From Octopus vulgaris (taxonomy: Eukaryota): a stretch of 64,000 nt of DNA. The notes below the pieces were generated by a model. It ran no database searches. It was not told where the DNA came from and saw only the letters and a list, made by a program, of their open reading frames with translations. This document shows positions 1-13,594 of the stretch, piece after piece. The number at the start of each line of letters is the position of its first letter. Within the stretch, counting starts at the first letter, position 1. The DNA is taken from the NCBI GenBank assembly GCA_951406725.2, contig OX597823.1, positions 91,574,001-91,638,000 of the forward strand. Direction: 5' to 3'. The position numbers and the translations under genes are program-made.

Positions 1-565
1 CCTTTTGGGGTCGATAAATTAAGTACCAGTTGTGTGGTGGGGTCGATCTAATCGAATGGCCCCCTCCCCCAAAATTTCAGGCCTTGTACTTAGAGAAGGA
101 AAGAATATTAAAGTAATCGATGGCGGCGAGCAGGCAGAATTGTTAACATACTGGGTGAAATGCTTAGCGGTATTTTGTCCATCTTTACATTCTGAGTTCA
201 AATTCTTCCTTGGTCGACTTTGCCTTTCATCCTTTTGGGGTCGATAAAATAAGTACCAGTTAAACACTGGGGGTCGATGTAATCGATTTATCCCATCCCT
301 TGAAATTTCAGGCCTTGTGCCTACATTAGAAAGGAATATTAAGGCGATCTAAGGTGGCAAGCTGGCAGAATCGTTAGCCCACTGGACAAAATGATTAACA
401 GCATTCTGTCCATCTATAAGTTCTGAGCTCAAATTCTGCCAAGGTCGAATTTGCCATTCCCCTTTTCGGAGTCAATGAAATAAGTACCAGTTGAAAACTG
501 GAGTCAATGTTATCACCTTGAGCCCCCAAAATTGCTGGATTTGAGCCAAACATTTGGAACCATTA
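1..565 (+). mobile_element. Three head-to-tail copies of tRNA-derived SINE family A (MetaSINE-like core)
   Basis: Units at about 1-108 (partial), 122-340 and 353-565. Head ggcggcgagc(t/a)ggcagaat..gagttcaaatt (Pol III box-like); core gtcgactttgcctttcatccttttggggtcgataaaataagtaccag resembles the Meta/Sauria-SINE domain. Confidence 0.85.
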
Positions 566-2180
566 TTAAAATAATTTCTGCAATCTGTAGACACAAGTCT
601 ATTTGGCACGTTCAACTAGTAACAAAATTGGTAGACTCACCAAAGTGCCCTGAGAATGATATCACATATCTCTATAATTAGCTCTCATTAAGTTGTTAAT
701 ATGGACTGGATTTCTCTCACAACCATAATATCACAGTTGCTGAGTGCCAAGTGTGTCAGCAAAATACCTGATGTTTGGTGTGTAGTTCTTGGTATATTTT
801 GTGATGAACTACAGCAAAATACACATGAAAAACCAGCTCACCTCCAACGAATTCTCTGGAGGTTTTACAGCCTCAGTGCATGTCTGCACATCAACAGCTA
901 TTGCTGACTGAAACCAGCCTCGGATCAGAAGAATTTGGCAACAGATAGACTGCATGATTAGTGGAATGTGTCTCTTTCACAATTAATGAAAAAAGAAACC
1001 CTCAGATCTAGTCAGATGAGAACTAGTGTAAAGGACAATGGTCAGGTGATAAAATATAATGAGAGTGCTGTTTATGCTTGTCATACCTGCTTCACCTTTC
1101 AGGAATAGTTACATCTCAGCTCATCCTGCTTATTGTCTCATCCCTGATTTAATCCACTTGAAGATTCACACAGCACCTGACCCTAACAAACTTAACCAAT
1201 CTGTCTATCCTCTAATATCCCATGATGAAGCCTGATAACATAATTCTTGCCTCACCAGAGGCCAAATATTATCATTTCTGGGTTAATCTTTACTTCTGTC
1301 AACATTCTGTAAAATTTTGTAAAAACACTGTAAAAACTGTGACCATCAAAATAATTTCTGCAATGGCTGATCTTAGATCATTTAGGGGTGGTGTTGACTT
1401 GGCATATCAATAGAGAGTTTTGAAGGGGGAAGAAGCTAAGAAGACAAAGAATCTAAGGATAAGAAAGAGAAGCTGAAGGAGGAACTAAGGAGTAGAAGGA
1501 GCTGAAGAAAAGGAGGAAGAAAAAGAAGCAGCAGCTGAGAACAAGAAGAAGCTAAGAAGAAGAAGAAGCTAAAAAGAAGGAATGAAGAAAAGATTTAGAA
1601 GCTGAAAAAGAAGCTAAGCAGCTGAGATTTTCCTCAATAGCTTCTCTGGTCTTAGTAATGCATTGAAATCCAATTCACAAAGAAGAGATGGGAGAGAAAT
1701 AATTGAAGGAGGGAGAACATGATTGGAAAAATGTTGTTCAATGAAGAATTTTCGCCTCTGCAAAGGATTCCAAAGCAACAGGCTAAAAGGAAATGGTTGA
1801 TTCTTTCGTTTGATCAAATTTAATAAGAACCCTAACAAAAGCCAAATTTATTAACCATTCTTTCAACTGCAGATTCCATGAAGTGGAGCTTGTCATCTTT
1901 TATTGTTTGTTTTTTATCGTCTATTTGTCTCAGTCATTAGACTGTGGCCATGCTGGGGCACCACCTTGAAGTATTTCTTTTATTAAGCCTGGTACTTATT
2001 CTATTTGCCAAAACTCAGGCTTTAGGGATGTAAACACACTAACACTGGTTCTCAACTGGTGGTAGGGGAACAAATACACATACATACACACACACACATG
2101 CACAGATACACATGCATACATATACATATTGATGTAATGAACAGGTCTCCCTTCCTCAAAGTTTCAGGCCTTGTGCCTAT

Positions 2181-2597
2181 ACTCTTTTACTCTTTTACTT
2201 GTTTCAGTCATTTGACCGCGGCCATGCTGGAGCACTGCCTTTAGTCGAGCAAATCGACCCCGGGACTTATTCTTTGTAAGCCCAGTACTTATTCTATCGG
2301 TCTCTTTTGCCGAACCGCTAAGTGACAGGGACGTAAACACACCAGCATCGGTTGTCAAGCAATGCTAGGGGGACAGACACAGACACACAAACATATACAT
2401 ACACATACATACATATATATATACATATATACGACAGGCTTCTTTCAGTTTCCGTCTACCAAATCCACTCACAAGGCATTGGTCGGCCCGAGGCTATAGC
2501 AGAAGACACTTGCCCAAGATGCCACACAGTGGGACTGAACCCAGAACCATATGGTTGGTAGGCAAGCTACTTACCACACAGCCACTCCTGCGCCTAT
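2181..2597 (-). mobile_element. Full-length tRNA-derived SINE family B (head, internal microsatellite, tail)
   Basis: Reverse complement starts ggcgcaggagtggctgtgtggtaagtagcttgc..ggttcagtcccactg and ends gtcaaatgactgaaacaagtaaaagag. A partial tail copy lies at 1925-2100. Confidence 0.85.
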
Positions 2598-3071
2598 GTT
2601 AGAAAGAATTATATTTGACAGAACAATCTCAATGTAAAAGAGTTAATAATAATTTATTGTGGTGATAACGGTTATTCCTATGGTGATTGATGCACTTAGC
2701 AAAGTGGCCAAACTGTTTATCTAAGATGCTGAAGGATACTGCAACCGAGACTCACGTTGTCGTGCAGTTCTGTATTCTAAAAGATTCCTAAGAAAGATTC
2801 TTGAGGTTTGAGGAGACTTGTTACCAAACCTCAAGACAACATCTCTGGTAAGTAAAGTAGCATGGAATCGTTAGATAATAATAATTCATTAGGATTGAGC
2901 AAATTCTTCAGAAAGGTTAAATACGCAGGTAGAAGAGCACAATGCCATATATAATAGAACCACAGACTGGCTTTGTTTATGGAACTGAACAATATTTTGG
3001 CAGAATGTCTATCTTTTGCTGTTTCTAAATGGAAAGTACACAGAAATACACAGAAGCTGAAAAGGAGTTGG

Positions 3072-3245
3072 GAAGAAGAAAAGAAGAAGAAGAAGAAGAA
3101 GAAGAAGAAGAAGAAGAAGAAGAAGAAGAAGAAGAGGAGGAGGAAGAGGGTGAAGAAGGAGAAGGGAGAGAAGAAAAAGAAGTAAAAAGAAAAGGAAGGA
3201 GAAGAGTTAAAAGAAGAAGGAGAAAAAAGAGAAAGAAAGAGAAAG
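3072..3245. repeat. (GAA)n/(GAG)n polypurine tract
   Basis: Direct reading; explains the poly-E/K/S/F ORFs. Confidence 0.9.
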
Positions 3246-3386
3246 TGAGGAAAAGTGTGATTGTGTGTGTGTGTGTGTGTGTACATGTGTGTGTTGGGAA
3301 AGGAGCGGGCATCAGAACGTTGGCAGAAGTAAGAGAGTTTGCCATTGTAGCAGAAAGCTATGTTTTGGAATAAATTTTATTCCACA

Positions 3387-3783
3387 CTAGCAGTATCACA
3401 CGGCTTTGCAAGGGTTTGTAAGGGAAATAACTATATAAGCCTTTTTAGAGATGTAAAGTATAATAGCCATCTCAATATGGCTAACCACAAAGGGGTGGTG
3501 GTGTTACTGTAGCTTTTTACGTTCTGAGATTTAATAATAAATTTTTAGAGTTACTTCCCTTATATATGCCAAAAATGCATTAAAAATGGAAAAAATTGAT
3601 GGTAAATTATTTTTAAAATCGTAGACTCATTGTAGACGCGCGCTAATACCCAGAAGGGCTCGATATGAATCACGACTATAAGATACCCGGTTTTGGTTAA
3701 ACTGCACCACAAAATGTGGGAGTAGTTAGGAATCTAAATCGTAGGAGACAGACAGCACACAACCTCACTTTTATATATAAAGA
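3387..3783 (-). mobile_element. Non-autonomous Helitron-like element
   Basis: On the minus strand it starts TCtttatatataaaa followed by gtctgtct, ends with an imperfect hairpin and CTAG, and sits between host A and T with no TSD. Confidence 0.7.
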
Positions 3784-4228
3784 TTAATAGCAGACATAAT
3801 AATTCTATACAGTTGTTCTTCAGTTTATCAAACGGAACGGAATGAAATCAGATGAAATCAAACAATCTTTCTGAAAGCGGAAACTGTAGACATCAACATT
3901 GTCAAATTCTGAGGAAAACAATCACCGCCTTCCTGGATTGCACAGAGACAGGAATAAGGCTGTTTTGGTAATTTTTATTTCTCTGCATTACAGGTGGCAA
4001 TATTTTGATTTGCAGCTGATGCATCAGCTGCAAATCAAGATATTGCCACCTGTAATGCAGATAAATATGTTGCAGCATATTGCATTCTAGATTAGGGGTC
4101 TGTCTCCCTCATATGAGAGGAGAGTTATGCTGTCAGGGTGCTTGTGAGACCCATGGTGAGGACCTACAGGCTTCAGTTGTGACAGAAAGAAAGCTCTGAA
4201 TGTTATGATTAGAGATCTCTTCCAATAA

Positions 4229-4625
4229 TCTTTTCTACTCTAGGCACAAGGCCTGAATTTTGGGGGAGGGGCGCCAGTCGATTACATCGACCCCAGTACA
4301 CAACTGGTACTTAATTTATCGATCCTGAAAGGATCAAAGGCAATGTTGACCTCGGCAGAATTTTAACACTGAACTTAAAGACAGACGAAATACCTATTTC
4401 TTTACTACCTACAAGGGGCTAAACACAGAGAGGACGAACAAGGACATATAAACGGATTAAGTCGATTATATCGACCCCAGTGCGTAACTGGTACTTATTT
4501 AATCGACCCCAAAAGGATGAAAGGCAAATTCGACCTCGGCAGAATTTGAACTCAGAACGTAAAAACAGACGAAATACCACTAAGCATTTCGCCTGGGGTG
4601 CTAACGTTTGTGCCAGTTCGCTGCT
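4229..4625 (-). mobile_element. Dimeric SINE family A
   Basis: Two core domains in tandem (about 4275-4390 and 4460-4625); same layout as 27922-28370. Confidence 0.8.
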
Positions 4626-6191
4626 TTAGCGCCTTCCAAAAATGTCATTCAGAGTGACTTGCTGGGGGAACTGGCCTGCTCTATGGTTGCAGGATAATAT
4701 ATGCAAGCTGAGTTCACCAATTACTGCTCCACAATGACACCTGTGTGACTCACAAACCCAGAGACCAAGACGCTGGGTGCTGGGTCACTCTACTACAAGT
4801 ACACTCATCACCAAGACGAGAAGGGAACCAAACTAAGTCATGTGCTGCTCTTTGGCTGCAAAGCAAAAGGGAGGCATTTTCCGAGACAAATGTCGCGTAA
4901 AAGGAAGGACAAATCTACGACTCATGGATTTGTCTTGGAGACATCATATGTTGTGTTATTCTCAACCATAAATCTATTTATTTTTGCCTTGGCACAGGCA
5001 TGATTGTACGGTTAAGAAGCTTGTTTTGAAAGCATGCAATCTCAGGTCCAGTCCTTCTAGGAAACACCTCAAGGAAGCCTTAGACTAACCAAAGCCTTGT
5101 AAGTGGATGTTGTAGGTGGAAATTGAGAGAAGCTTGTGTGAGTGTGTTTGTGTGTACCATTGTCTTATTAAATGGTTGTAAGTAAGCATTGCTGTCTTAC
5201 AAGTGAGTGTGTATGTTTATACTGGAGATCTTATCTGAATATTTATATATTGTACTTTCACTGGTGGAATCTAAGGACTAAAATTTGATGCTAAATTGGA
5301 GGAACAAAGAGGGTGAATTTTAGATCTAAAATGAGGAGTGATGTAACTCTGGTGACAGGCACAACCTTATCACTTTTATGTTCATTTTCCTGTAATTTAA
5401 GGATACACCCAGACGAATCTTCACTACCATCCACTTTCTTTCCTAATTCGGGCAGCCATGTATCTCCCTTACAGCCACGACCCTGTTGCTGTGTCTCTGT
5501 CATTCTTTAACCCCTCATGAAGACACCTCGTTTGATATTGTTCCCCACCCTCTGTATTGATGCAATTCAAAAAGCAGCCAGTGCTCGTCGTAAATTTATG
5601 AAGAAAAATTCCATATCAGACATTGGAGCCTGGGGCAGATGTCTGCTTGAATCTGAGACTAAATGGTTGGGAAGCAGTCTCCTTAACTGCACAATCCCAT
5701 TTGCACCTTCCTGTGCAATTTTCAACCACCTTTAATAAAATCAAATCAAATCAAATCACATACAATAAAAAACAATACAATAAATAAATGAACAAAATGT
5801 AAACATCATCATCATTATCATCATCATCGTCATCGTTGCTTAACATCTGCTTTCCATGTTGGCATGGGTTGGACGGTTTGACTGAGGACTGGCAAGCCAG
5901 AAGGCTGTACCGATCAATAGATTATTATAAATAAACCAATGAATTATTCTTATCAAGAATATTTCTAGATTTTCTTAGAAATAATTCTCTGACTGTGTTT
6001 GTTCTAGAAAGTTCTTTCTCTTTGTGTGCGTGTGTGTTTGTTGTTGTAGACAGAATGTATATTTATCAGAATTTATGAATGAAATCTAGTTTTTATTTTT
6101 GGTAGTCATGAACAGCCATGAAATATTGGTGCAGCAGGAAACGAAACTGTCTTTACTGATTGGAAATGATTTCAGTAATGAAACAGTTCTA

Positions 6192-6600
6192 GTGGCTGTG
6201 TGGTAAGTAGCTTGCTTACCAACCACATGATTCCGGGTTCAGTCCCACTGCATGGCACCTTGGGCAGGTGTCTTCTACTATAGCCTCAGGGCCGACCAAA
6301 GCCGTGTGAGTGGATTTGGTAGATGGAAACTGAAAGGAGCCCAACGTATATATGGATATATATATATATTTGTATATGTGTATGTATATATTTGTATGTT
6401 TATGTTTGTCCCCCCAACATCACTTGACAACCGATGCTGGTGTGTTTGCATCCCCATCACTTTGGTTCGGCAAGAGAGACTGATAGAATAAGTACTAGGT
6501 TTACAACGAATAAGTCTTTGGGTTGATTTGCTCGACTAAAGGCGGTGCTCCAGCATGGCTGCAGTCAAATGACTGAAACAAATAAAAGAAAAAGAAAAGA
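6192..6600 (+). mobile_element. SINE family B
   Basis: gtggctgtgtggtaagtagcttgcttaccaaccacatg head and gtcaaatgactgaaacaaataaaag tail. Confidence 0.85.
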
Positions 6601-6791
6601 AAAATGAAATCAAGCAAATATAACAAAAATTAAAAATAATAGACAAAATAATACAAAATTAAAATATCTATTTATTAGCAGAGCTGACACCGAATTCTTT
6701 TCAGATTCTGTTAATCTCCCAGATTCTCCCATTGTAGTGTTGTGTTTCTGTCATGGCAGCCATTATCACCATCATCATGAACACAATAGTA

Positions 6792-7686
6792 ACAAGGCAA
6801 CACCAATGTCCTCTCAACGATTAGCCAGAGAGGATTTTTAAAATGAGAATATCTGAAATAAGCTTGACTGCTCTCACAAACAAGAATACTAAAAATGAAT
6901 CCAACCACTCTCAAAAATTAAGTAAAAAAACAGGGAAAATAATCCAGAATCCAATGGTAGTCATGGAATTTGAAGGTAGCTGTAGAAAATTTAGTAGCAG
7001 TAATAAATAGTTTATCCTTATTTAATACTAGCCAAAGTTAACAAATTCACCATTCAAATTACTTTCAAAGGCAGAGGTAATAATAATGAGTTCTACTCAG
7101 GAATTTTTAAATGAATAGTATGAGACATTTTGGTTTTCTCTTCTCTTAAATTCTAGCCTTCCTTTAGTATTCCTGTTGTTTTAGATCGATATATAGATGT
7201 ATGTATATATGTAAGTATACTGTAAAGTGTTAATATGTATGTATAATATATAATATATATATTATAAAAATATGTTAGAGTTATTTGATTTCTGAACGGT
7301 TTTGCTGCTGTTTGCTTATGTAGTTTGATTTCTTTATCCATCAGTTTCTACTAAGATGGAGATGCGAGTAAAATTAATAATAGAAAAACGGAAATAAGAC
7401 TTTGGAAACAGCCTAAAAAGGAGATAATTGAGAAAGACTTGAAAGTCAACGTAAGATTGTAATCATGTAAAGTAAAGTAGATATAACAAAATAATCCAGA
7501 ATTCTTGTTCCATACTGGATCGATCTCAAAACTAATCAGTTCGTGCCAGTTGCAAGGCCAAACATCCCTGAAGGTTTCATCCAAATACATCCAGCAGTTC
7601 TCGAGATATCTTGTCCACGGTCAAACAAACAAACAAACAAACACAACTGAAAACAATACCTCTGCTTCTACTAAGGTGGAAATAAT
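6792..7686 (-). mobile_element. Split Helentron-associated (HINE/DINE-like) element
   Basis: 6792-6952 and 7488-7686 are reverse complements of the 3' and 5' parts of the element at 38729-39097. Confidence 0.6.
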
Positions 7687-8039
7687 AATCTTTTCAAATA
7701 ATGATAATAACAATAATTATTCTGTCTAATATTAGCACTAGGCCAGCAAGTTTGAAGGTGGGGTTGGGGGCTAGTTGATTTTCTCAACTCAAATGGATGA
7801 AAGTCAAAGTCAACCTTGGCTGAATTTGTGTTCAGCACATAAAGATGGACGAAATGCCTCTAAGAATTTTTCCTGGTTTGCTAGCGATTCTGTCAGCTGA
7901 CTGCCTTGGGATAATGATGGAAGAAATAATGGGAGAAGATGAAACAAAAATGGGAAACGTAATTAAATATGTCGGAGATTAGAGCTTTACGAACATGTTT
8001 GAAAGAGAGTTTGTTGAAGAAAAGCAAACGGGGTGACAA

Positions 8040-8335
8040 TGATGATGACGATGAGGAGGATGACAGAGACGAGGACAATAAAGATGAACAGTATGAAGAT
8101 GATGATGATGAGGAGGATGGCAGAGACGAGGACAATAAAGATGAACAGTATGAAGATGATGATGATGATGATGATAAGGAGGAGGAGGAGGAGGAGGAGG
8201 AGGATGGTTCTAATAGCAACGATGATTGTTTATACAAATGGGAACTGTTATAATGATGCTGTTGAGGTTAGTGCTGCCAATAACAACACCAACACAGTGA
8301 CACCGCATGCTGATTCACTGCTGCTGCTGCTGCTG

Positions 8336-8392
<57 letters not shown>

Positions 8393-8442
8393 TTGCTGCT
8401 GCTGATGCTGATGCCATGAAGATTTTTAATAACAACAACAAC

Positions 8443-8482
<40 letters not shown>

Positions 8483-8489
8483 TAATAGC

Positions 8490-8545
<56 letters not shown>

Positions 8546-8570
8546 TAATAATAATAATAATAACAATAAC

Positions 8571-8633
<63 letters not shown>

Positions 8634-8880
8634 TATTATTATTATTATTATAATAATAACAATAGCAACAACAATACTGATAGCAGTAGTTGTTGTTATT
8701 GTTGTTGTCGTCATCATCGGTGCTGTTGTTTTCATTATTGCAATCATTGTTTCTTTTGTTGTTGTAATTAGTTTTGCTAATAATTTTAACAATAGGAATT
8801 ATGTAGAAAAATACAAAGAAATTGTCTCTCCTTATTACTGTTGCCATATTTACAATTATCGTCATCATCATCATCATCAC

Positions 8881-8923
<43 letters not shown>

Positions 8924-8944
8924 TAATTATTATTATTACATTAA

Positions 8945-8989
<45 letters not shown>

Positions 8990-9006
8990 CATTATTACTA
9001 TTATTA

Positions 9007-9052
<46 letters not shown>

Positions 9053-9149
9053 TCTTCTTCTTATTATTATTATTATTATCTATTATTATTATTATCATTA
9101 TTATTATTATTATCATATTATTATTATTATTATTATTATTATCACTATA

Positions 9150-9193
<44 letters not shown>

Positions 9194-9230
9194 CGTGATT
9201 ATTGTTGTTGTTGTTGTTGTTGTTGTTTTA
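8040..9230. repeat. Compound trinucleotide array (GAT, GAG, CTG, CTA, AAT, ATT, GTT) with a 60-bp tandem duplication near 8045-8160
   Basis: Direct reading. Confidence 0.95.
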
Positions 9231-9649
9231 GAGAACTTGATAATTAAAGAAAATAATAATATGATCAAGTAATATAGGAATATTGAAATGAATAACAAGG
9301 AAAATATGGTTTCAAAAATGGAATTTTGTAAAATTTACAATGGAAATATTTTGTGCATTTGAAAACAGTTCTTGTATTCTTGGAGACAGTAAAAGATTGG
9401 AATGAAGTTTGCCAAATTACAATTTTGGTCTCTAAAAGCGATATTCATGTGAAACATTGTTTAATTAAGATATTGTATATATGCAAACAATAGGGTGCAT
9501 GTATGTATGTATGTATGTATGTATGTATGTATGTATGTATGTATGTATGTATGCATGCATGCATGTATGTACGTATGTATGCATGTATGTACGTATATAT
9601 GTATGTATGTGTATATGTATGTATAATAATATGAATAATATATAAATAT

Positions 9650-10232
9650 ATGCATATATACTTACATATACGTACATGCCTATATATATATGTATATATG
9701 CATGCATATATGGGTACAGGACGTCAAAAAAAACGTGAACAAAATGAGAAACAAGAACATAAAAAACAAAAACATGGAAAATGAACGCTTTTGCGAACAA
9801 CGAAAGAAACAAATAGAGAACCGAGACAGGCAAAAAAAGAAAATTTCCTTCATCAGTTGTCCCCTGTTTTATCTACTCCACATTTCAAAGGTAGGGACAA
9901 AACGTGGATTTGTTAAAACAGTCCTTCCCATAAAGCAAATTAAATAAAACATGGAGGGTTAAATTAAATAAAACGCGGAGGGTTAAAGTGGTAACAAAAA
10001 CCGGACAGTGAGAACAAAACAGTTAAAACATGGCGAGGGCTTTTAAGCCATAACGAGGTGATGTGGTGAATGTTAGAAAAATGAGGTTTGAGAAGAGAAA
10101 TGTACAAGCACGTCTTGTCTTTAGGAAGAAAGTAGAAGAAAGAAAGATAGATAGCCGTTGGTCATGTATGAGCAACGAGTGAGTCAAGGAGGAAGAGTGA
10201 GAGAGAGGGAACAGTGAAGGGGAGAGGGGAAC

Positions 10233-10250
<18 letters not shown>
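9650..10250 (-). mobile_element. Diverged copy of the permuted-hammerhead repeat family
   Basis: Homologous by eye to 52040-52650 (tgtcctgtac..atatatgcatg tail, HHR block, upstream ccct.cgcg..ggaagg block). Confidence 0.65.
9847..9907 (-). ncRNA. Non-circularly permuted hammerhead ribozyme-like motif
   Basis: Reverse complement: ccacg TT ttgtccc ta cctt t GAAA tgtgg (14-nt linker) gggacaa CTGATGA agg. Confidence 0.6.
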
Positions 10251-10280
<30 letters not shown>

Positions 10281-10459
10281 TATACTTAAAATAATATAGG
10301 GTAGCAAAACTATAGAAATTTTTCTACCTTGGCTTAGCATGTATAAGAAGTTAGGGCTTTTGACTGTTCCTTCTAGCATGTAAAGCGATCTGTTAAGGGT
10401 CACCTCTTTTTATGTTCAAATATACACTAATTAATTGAATTATATGTGGTAACTAAACT

Positions 10460-10975
10460 CTGCTTGCGAAGACCTGTTGAGGCAAGTGAAATCGAAATCG
10501 AATTCAAATTCGATGACGAGCATCCGTGATAGTGGAGCGCTAAGAGTACCATACGAGTGAGATCATTGCCAGAGCAACAAGCTGCTCTCTGTGCCGATGG
10601 CTTGTAAAAAACACCATTTGAGCGTGATCGTTACCTGCATCGCCTTATGGCACTTGTGCTGGTGGCACATGAAAAAACATTCGAGCAAGGTCGTTGCCAG
10701 TGCTGCTGGACTGGCTCCTGTGCAGGTGACACATAAAAAGCACCATTTGAGTGTGGCCATTGCCAGTACCACCTGACTGGCCCCCGTGCCGGTGGCATGT
10801 AAAAGCACCCTCTACACTCTGGGAGTGGTTGGCGTTAGGAAAGGCATCCAGCTGTAGAAACTTTGCCAGATCAGATTGGAGTCTGGTGCAACCATCTGGT
10901 TCGCCAGACCTCAGCCAAATCGTCTAACCCATGCTAGCATGGAAAGCAGACGTTAATCGATGATGAATATGATGA
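10460..10975 (+). mobile_element. SINE-like family C with internal ~60-bp tandem units and (GAT)n tail
   Basis: Conserved ggttggcgttaggaagggcatccagctgtagaaact..catgctagcatggaaagc.gacgttaa.cgatgatga end. Other copies at about 5818-5910, 11625-11912, 12755-13050, 17210-17660, 20660-20960, 48920-49470, 54563-55110, 58520-58740 and 59010-59160. Confidence 0.75.
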
Positions 10976-12695
10976 TATATACATACACACACGCACGCAC
11001 ACACACACACACACACACACGTATACACACACATTCACACACTCTATGGAGGCGTATAATTTACAATGGATAAAAAATATTTTTATAGAAGAAAAGCTAC
11101 CACAGAATCTCATTTGGAACTAGTTTGGTCTTATGAAGGATACCACAAAGCATGAAAATATACAAAACATCCTTAGTCCAATCAATATACGAACATACGT
11201 TCTGTGCTCAAAATGAACTCTCACTGACATTTAAACTTAATCTTGTATGTTTCATTGTTGCGTAGTCAGAGTTCAGCTTTATTCAAATGACACATAGGAT
11301 CAAGAAGTTGTAGATCTCATGACCTGATACGATTGGTAGATTGTCTGTTCTTTTACTGAGTTGAATAATATTCTCCAATCTTTACTCTTCACTATTTTAT
11401 TTCATTTTTGCAGTTTTTTGCAAGATTCTTGGTGTAAACTCGCTTATTAAAGCAGATTTTGCTGTTAATTGTTGATAGGGTCACCATATTTTGGTTTACA
11501 ACCATTATACATCACCAAATATATTATGCCAAGTATATTAAGTCAGTAGTGTGCTTGTATAAGAAATGGTGCAACTTTCTGTGCTGGCACTAAATTCTAT
11601 AGAGAATCTATAGAGATAAAAATAGCATTCGAGCGAGGTTGTTCCCAGTGCCGCTGGACTGGCTCCTATGCAGGTGGCACATAAAAAGCACCATTTGAGC
11701 ATGGCTGTTGCCAGTACTGCCTGACTGGCCCCCGTGCCGGTGGCACGTAAAAGCACCCACTATACTCTCGGAGCGGTTGGCGTTAGGAAGGGCATCCAGC
11801 TGTAGAAACTCTGCCAGATCAGATTGGAGTCTGGTGCAGCCATCTGGTTCGCCAGACCTCGGTCAAATCGTCCAACACATGCTAGCATGGAAAGCGGACG
11901 TTAAACGATGATACACTTTAAAAAGATTGAATGGACCATGGTACCACAAAACTTGACTTAAAAAGGATTTAGCAAATCCTATCAGGTAGTGTTATTAAGC
12001 TAGATATGGCCCAGGCCAATCTTTCGTCAGAAATATTTATTTTGGGAGGGTAATTATGCTAACAATAAGCACACTCACTGGTTCTACTTCACTTCTTTAT
12101 TATTATTTGCTTATTGGTTAACTATTTAGTGGATTAACTCATTGATTATTTGATTAATCATTTGATCAACTTATCAATCAGATCAGTTCATTGCATTCTT
12201 TAATCATCTTTCACTACCTCAGTAATGAGGTAGTGAAATGTGGCTCTATATACACCCATACATACATATACACACACACGCACATACATATATATACTCA
12301 TGCACACACATATATATATATATATATATTCATGCACACAGTGGTAGACTGGCCAGGTTGCCAGTTAGCCTGATAGCAAGTGGGCCCCTGTGCCATTAGA
12401 ATCCATATATGGTCTCCCATGTTAGTATCTAAGAGGCCCATCCCCTGAAGTTTAAGAACACTCCTGGAAGAATGCTTTAATTAGTTCAGCCTGGATGCAC
12501 ATATACATATGACAGGCTTCTTCGAGTTTCTGTCTACCAAATTCATACACAAGGTTATCGTTGGTCCAGGTCTATAGTAGAAAACACGTACTCAAGATGC
12601 CATGTAGTGGGACTGAACCTGGAACTATGTGGTTGGGAAGTAAAATCTTTACCACACAGCCATACCTGTGCTTATATATACATATATTTTATTTA

Positions 12696-12748
<53 letters not shown>

Positions 12749-13051
12749 TTATCCTCATCATCGTTGTTTAACGTCCGTTTTTTCATGCTGGCATGGGCTG
12801 GATGGTTTGACTGAGGTCTGGAGAGCCAGCGGCTGCACTAGTCTCCAAAATGATCTGGCAATATTTCTACAGCTGGATGCCCTTCATAATGCCAACCACT
12901 CCGAGAGTGTAGTGAGTGCTTTTTATGTGCCACTGGCATGGGAACCAGTTAGAAGGCACTAGCATTGGCCATGTTCAGATGGTGCTTTTTACGTTTCACC
13001 AGAGTGGGAGCCAGTTAGGTGGCATTGGCATCAGCCACGTTTGGATGATGC

Positions 13052-13113
<62 letters not shown>

Positions 13114-13117
<4 letters not shown>

Positions 13118-13336
13118 AAAGTAATATGTGACAATTATTCAGTAGCCAAGATAAAACTCTGAGTTTCGGATGCGGAGATAGAAATCCATGCCACCATCTC
13201 TTCAGTTATCCGGCCATCATACCGTTTTTCTGATGGCTGGATAACTGAAGAGATGGCAGCGTGGATTTCCACCTTGGCATCCGAAACTCGGAGTTTGATC
13301 ATGGCTACCGAATAATTGTCACATACTACACTTACA
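13114..13336. repeat. About 105-bp palindrome of two inverted HHR-containing arms (PLE pLTR-like)
   Basis: Arms 13114-13219 and 13231-13336 with an 11-nt spacer. Each arm reads ggataa CTGAAGA gatg..catc c GAAA ctc.gag TT t(t/g)atc. Confidence 0.8.
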
Positions 13337-13528
13337 GATAATTTCCTCTATTTATATAATTTCGAGGTCTCTTTCTTTCTTTTGTTATCTTTCCATTTTT
13401 ATCAATATATATATATATATAGATATATATGTTTATAGATGTAAGTATGTGTGTATGTATATTTAGTTCATGTATATATATATTACCTTATTCACACACA
13501 TATGTACATAATACATGTTTGTGTGTGC

Positions 13529-13594
<66 letters not shown>

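Noticed and set aside
600-960. Possible RTE LINE remnants (also 63100-63600) and an R4/Dong-like end at 2660-2830
   Set aside because: Too degraded to delimit or classify by eye.
7969-8253. Acidic D/E-rich ORF
   Set aside because: Built from GAT/GAG repeats and a 60-bp duplication; no recognisable domain or convincing splice context.
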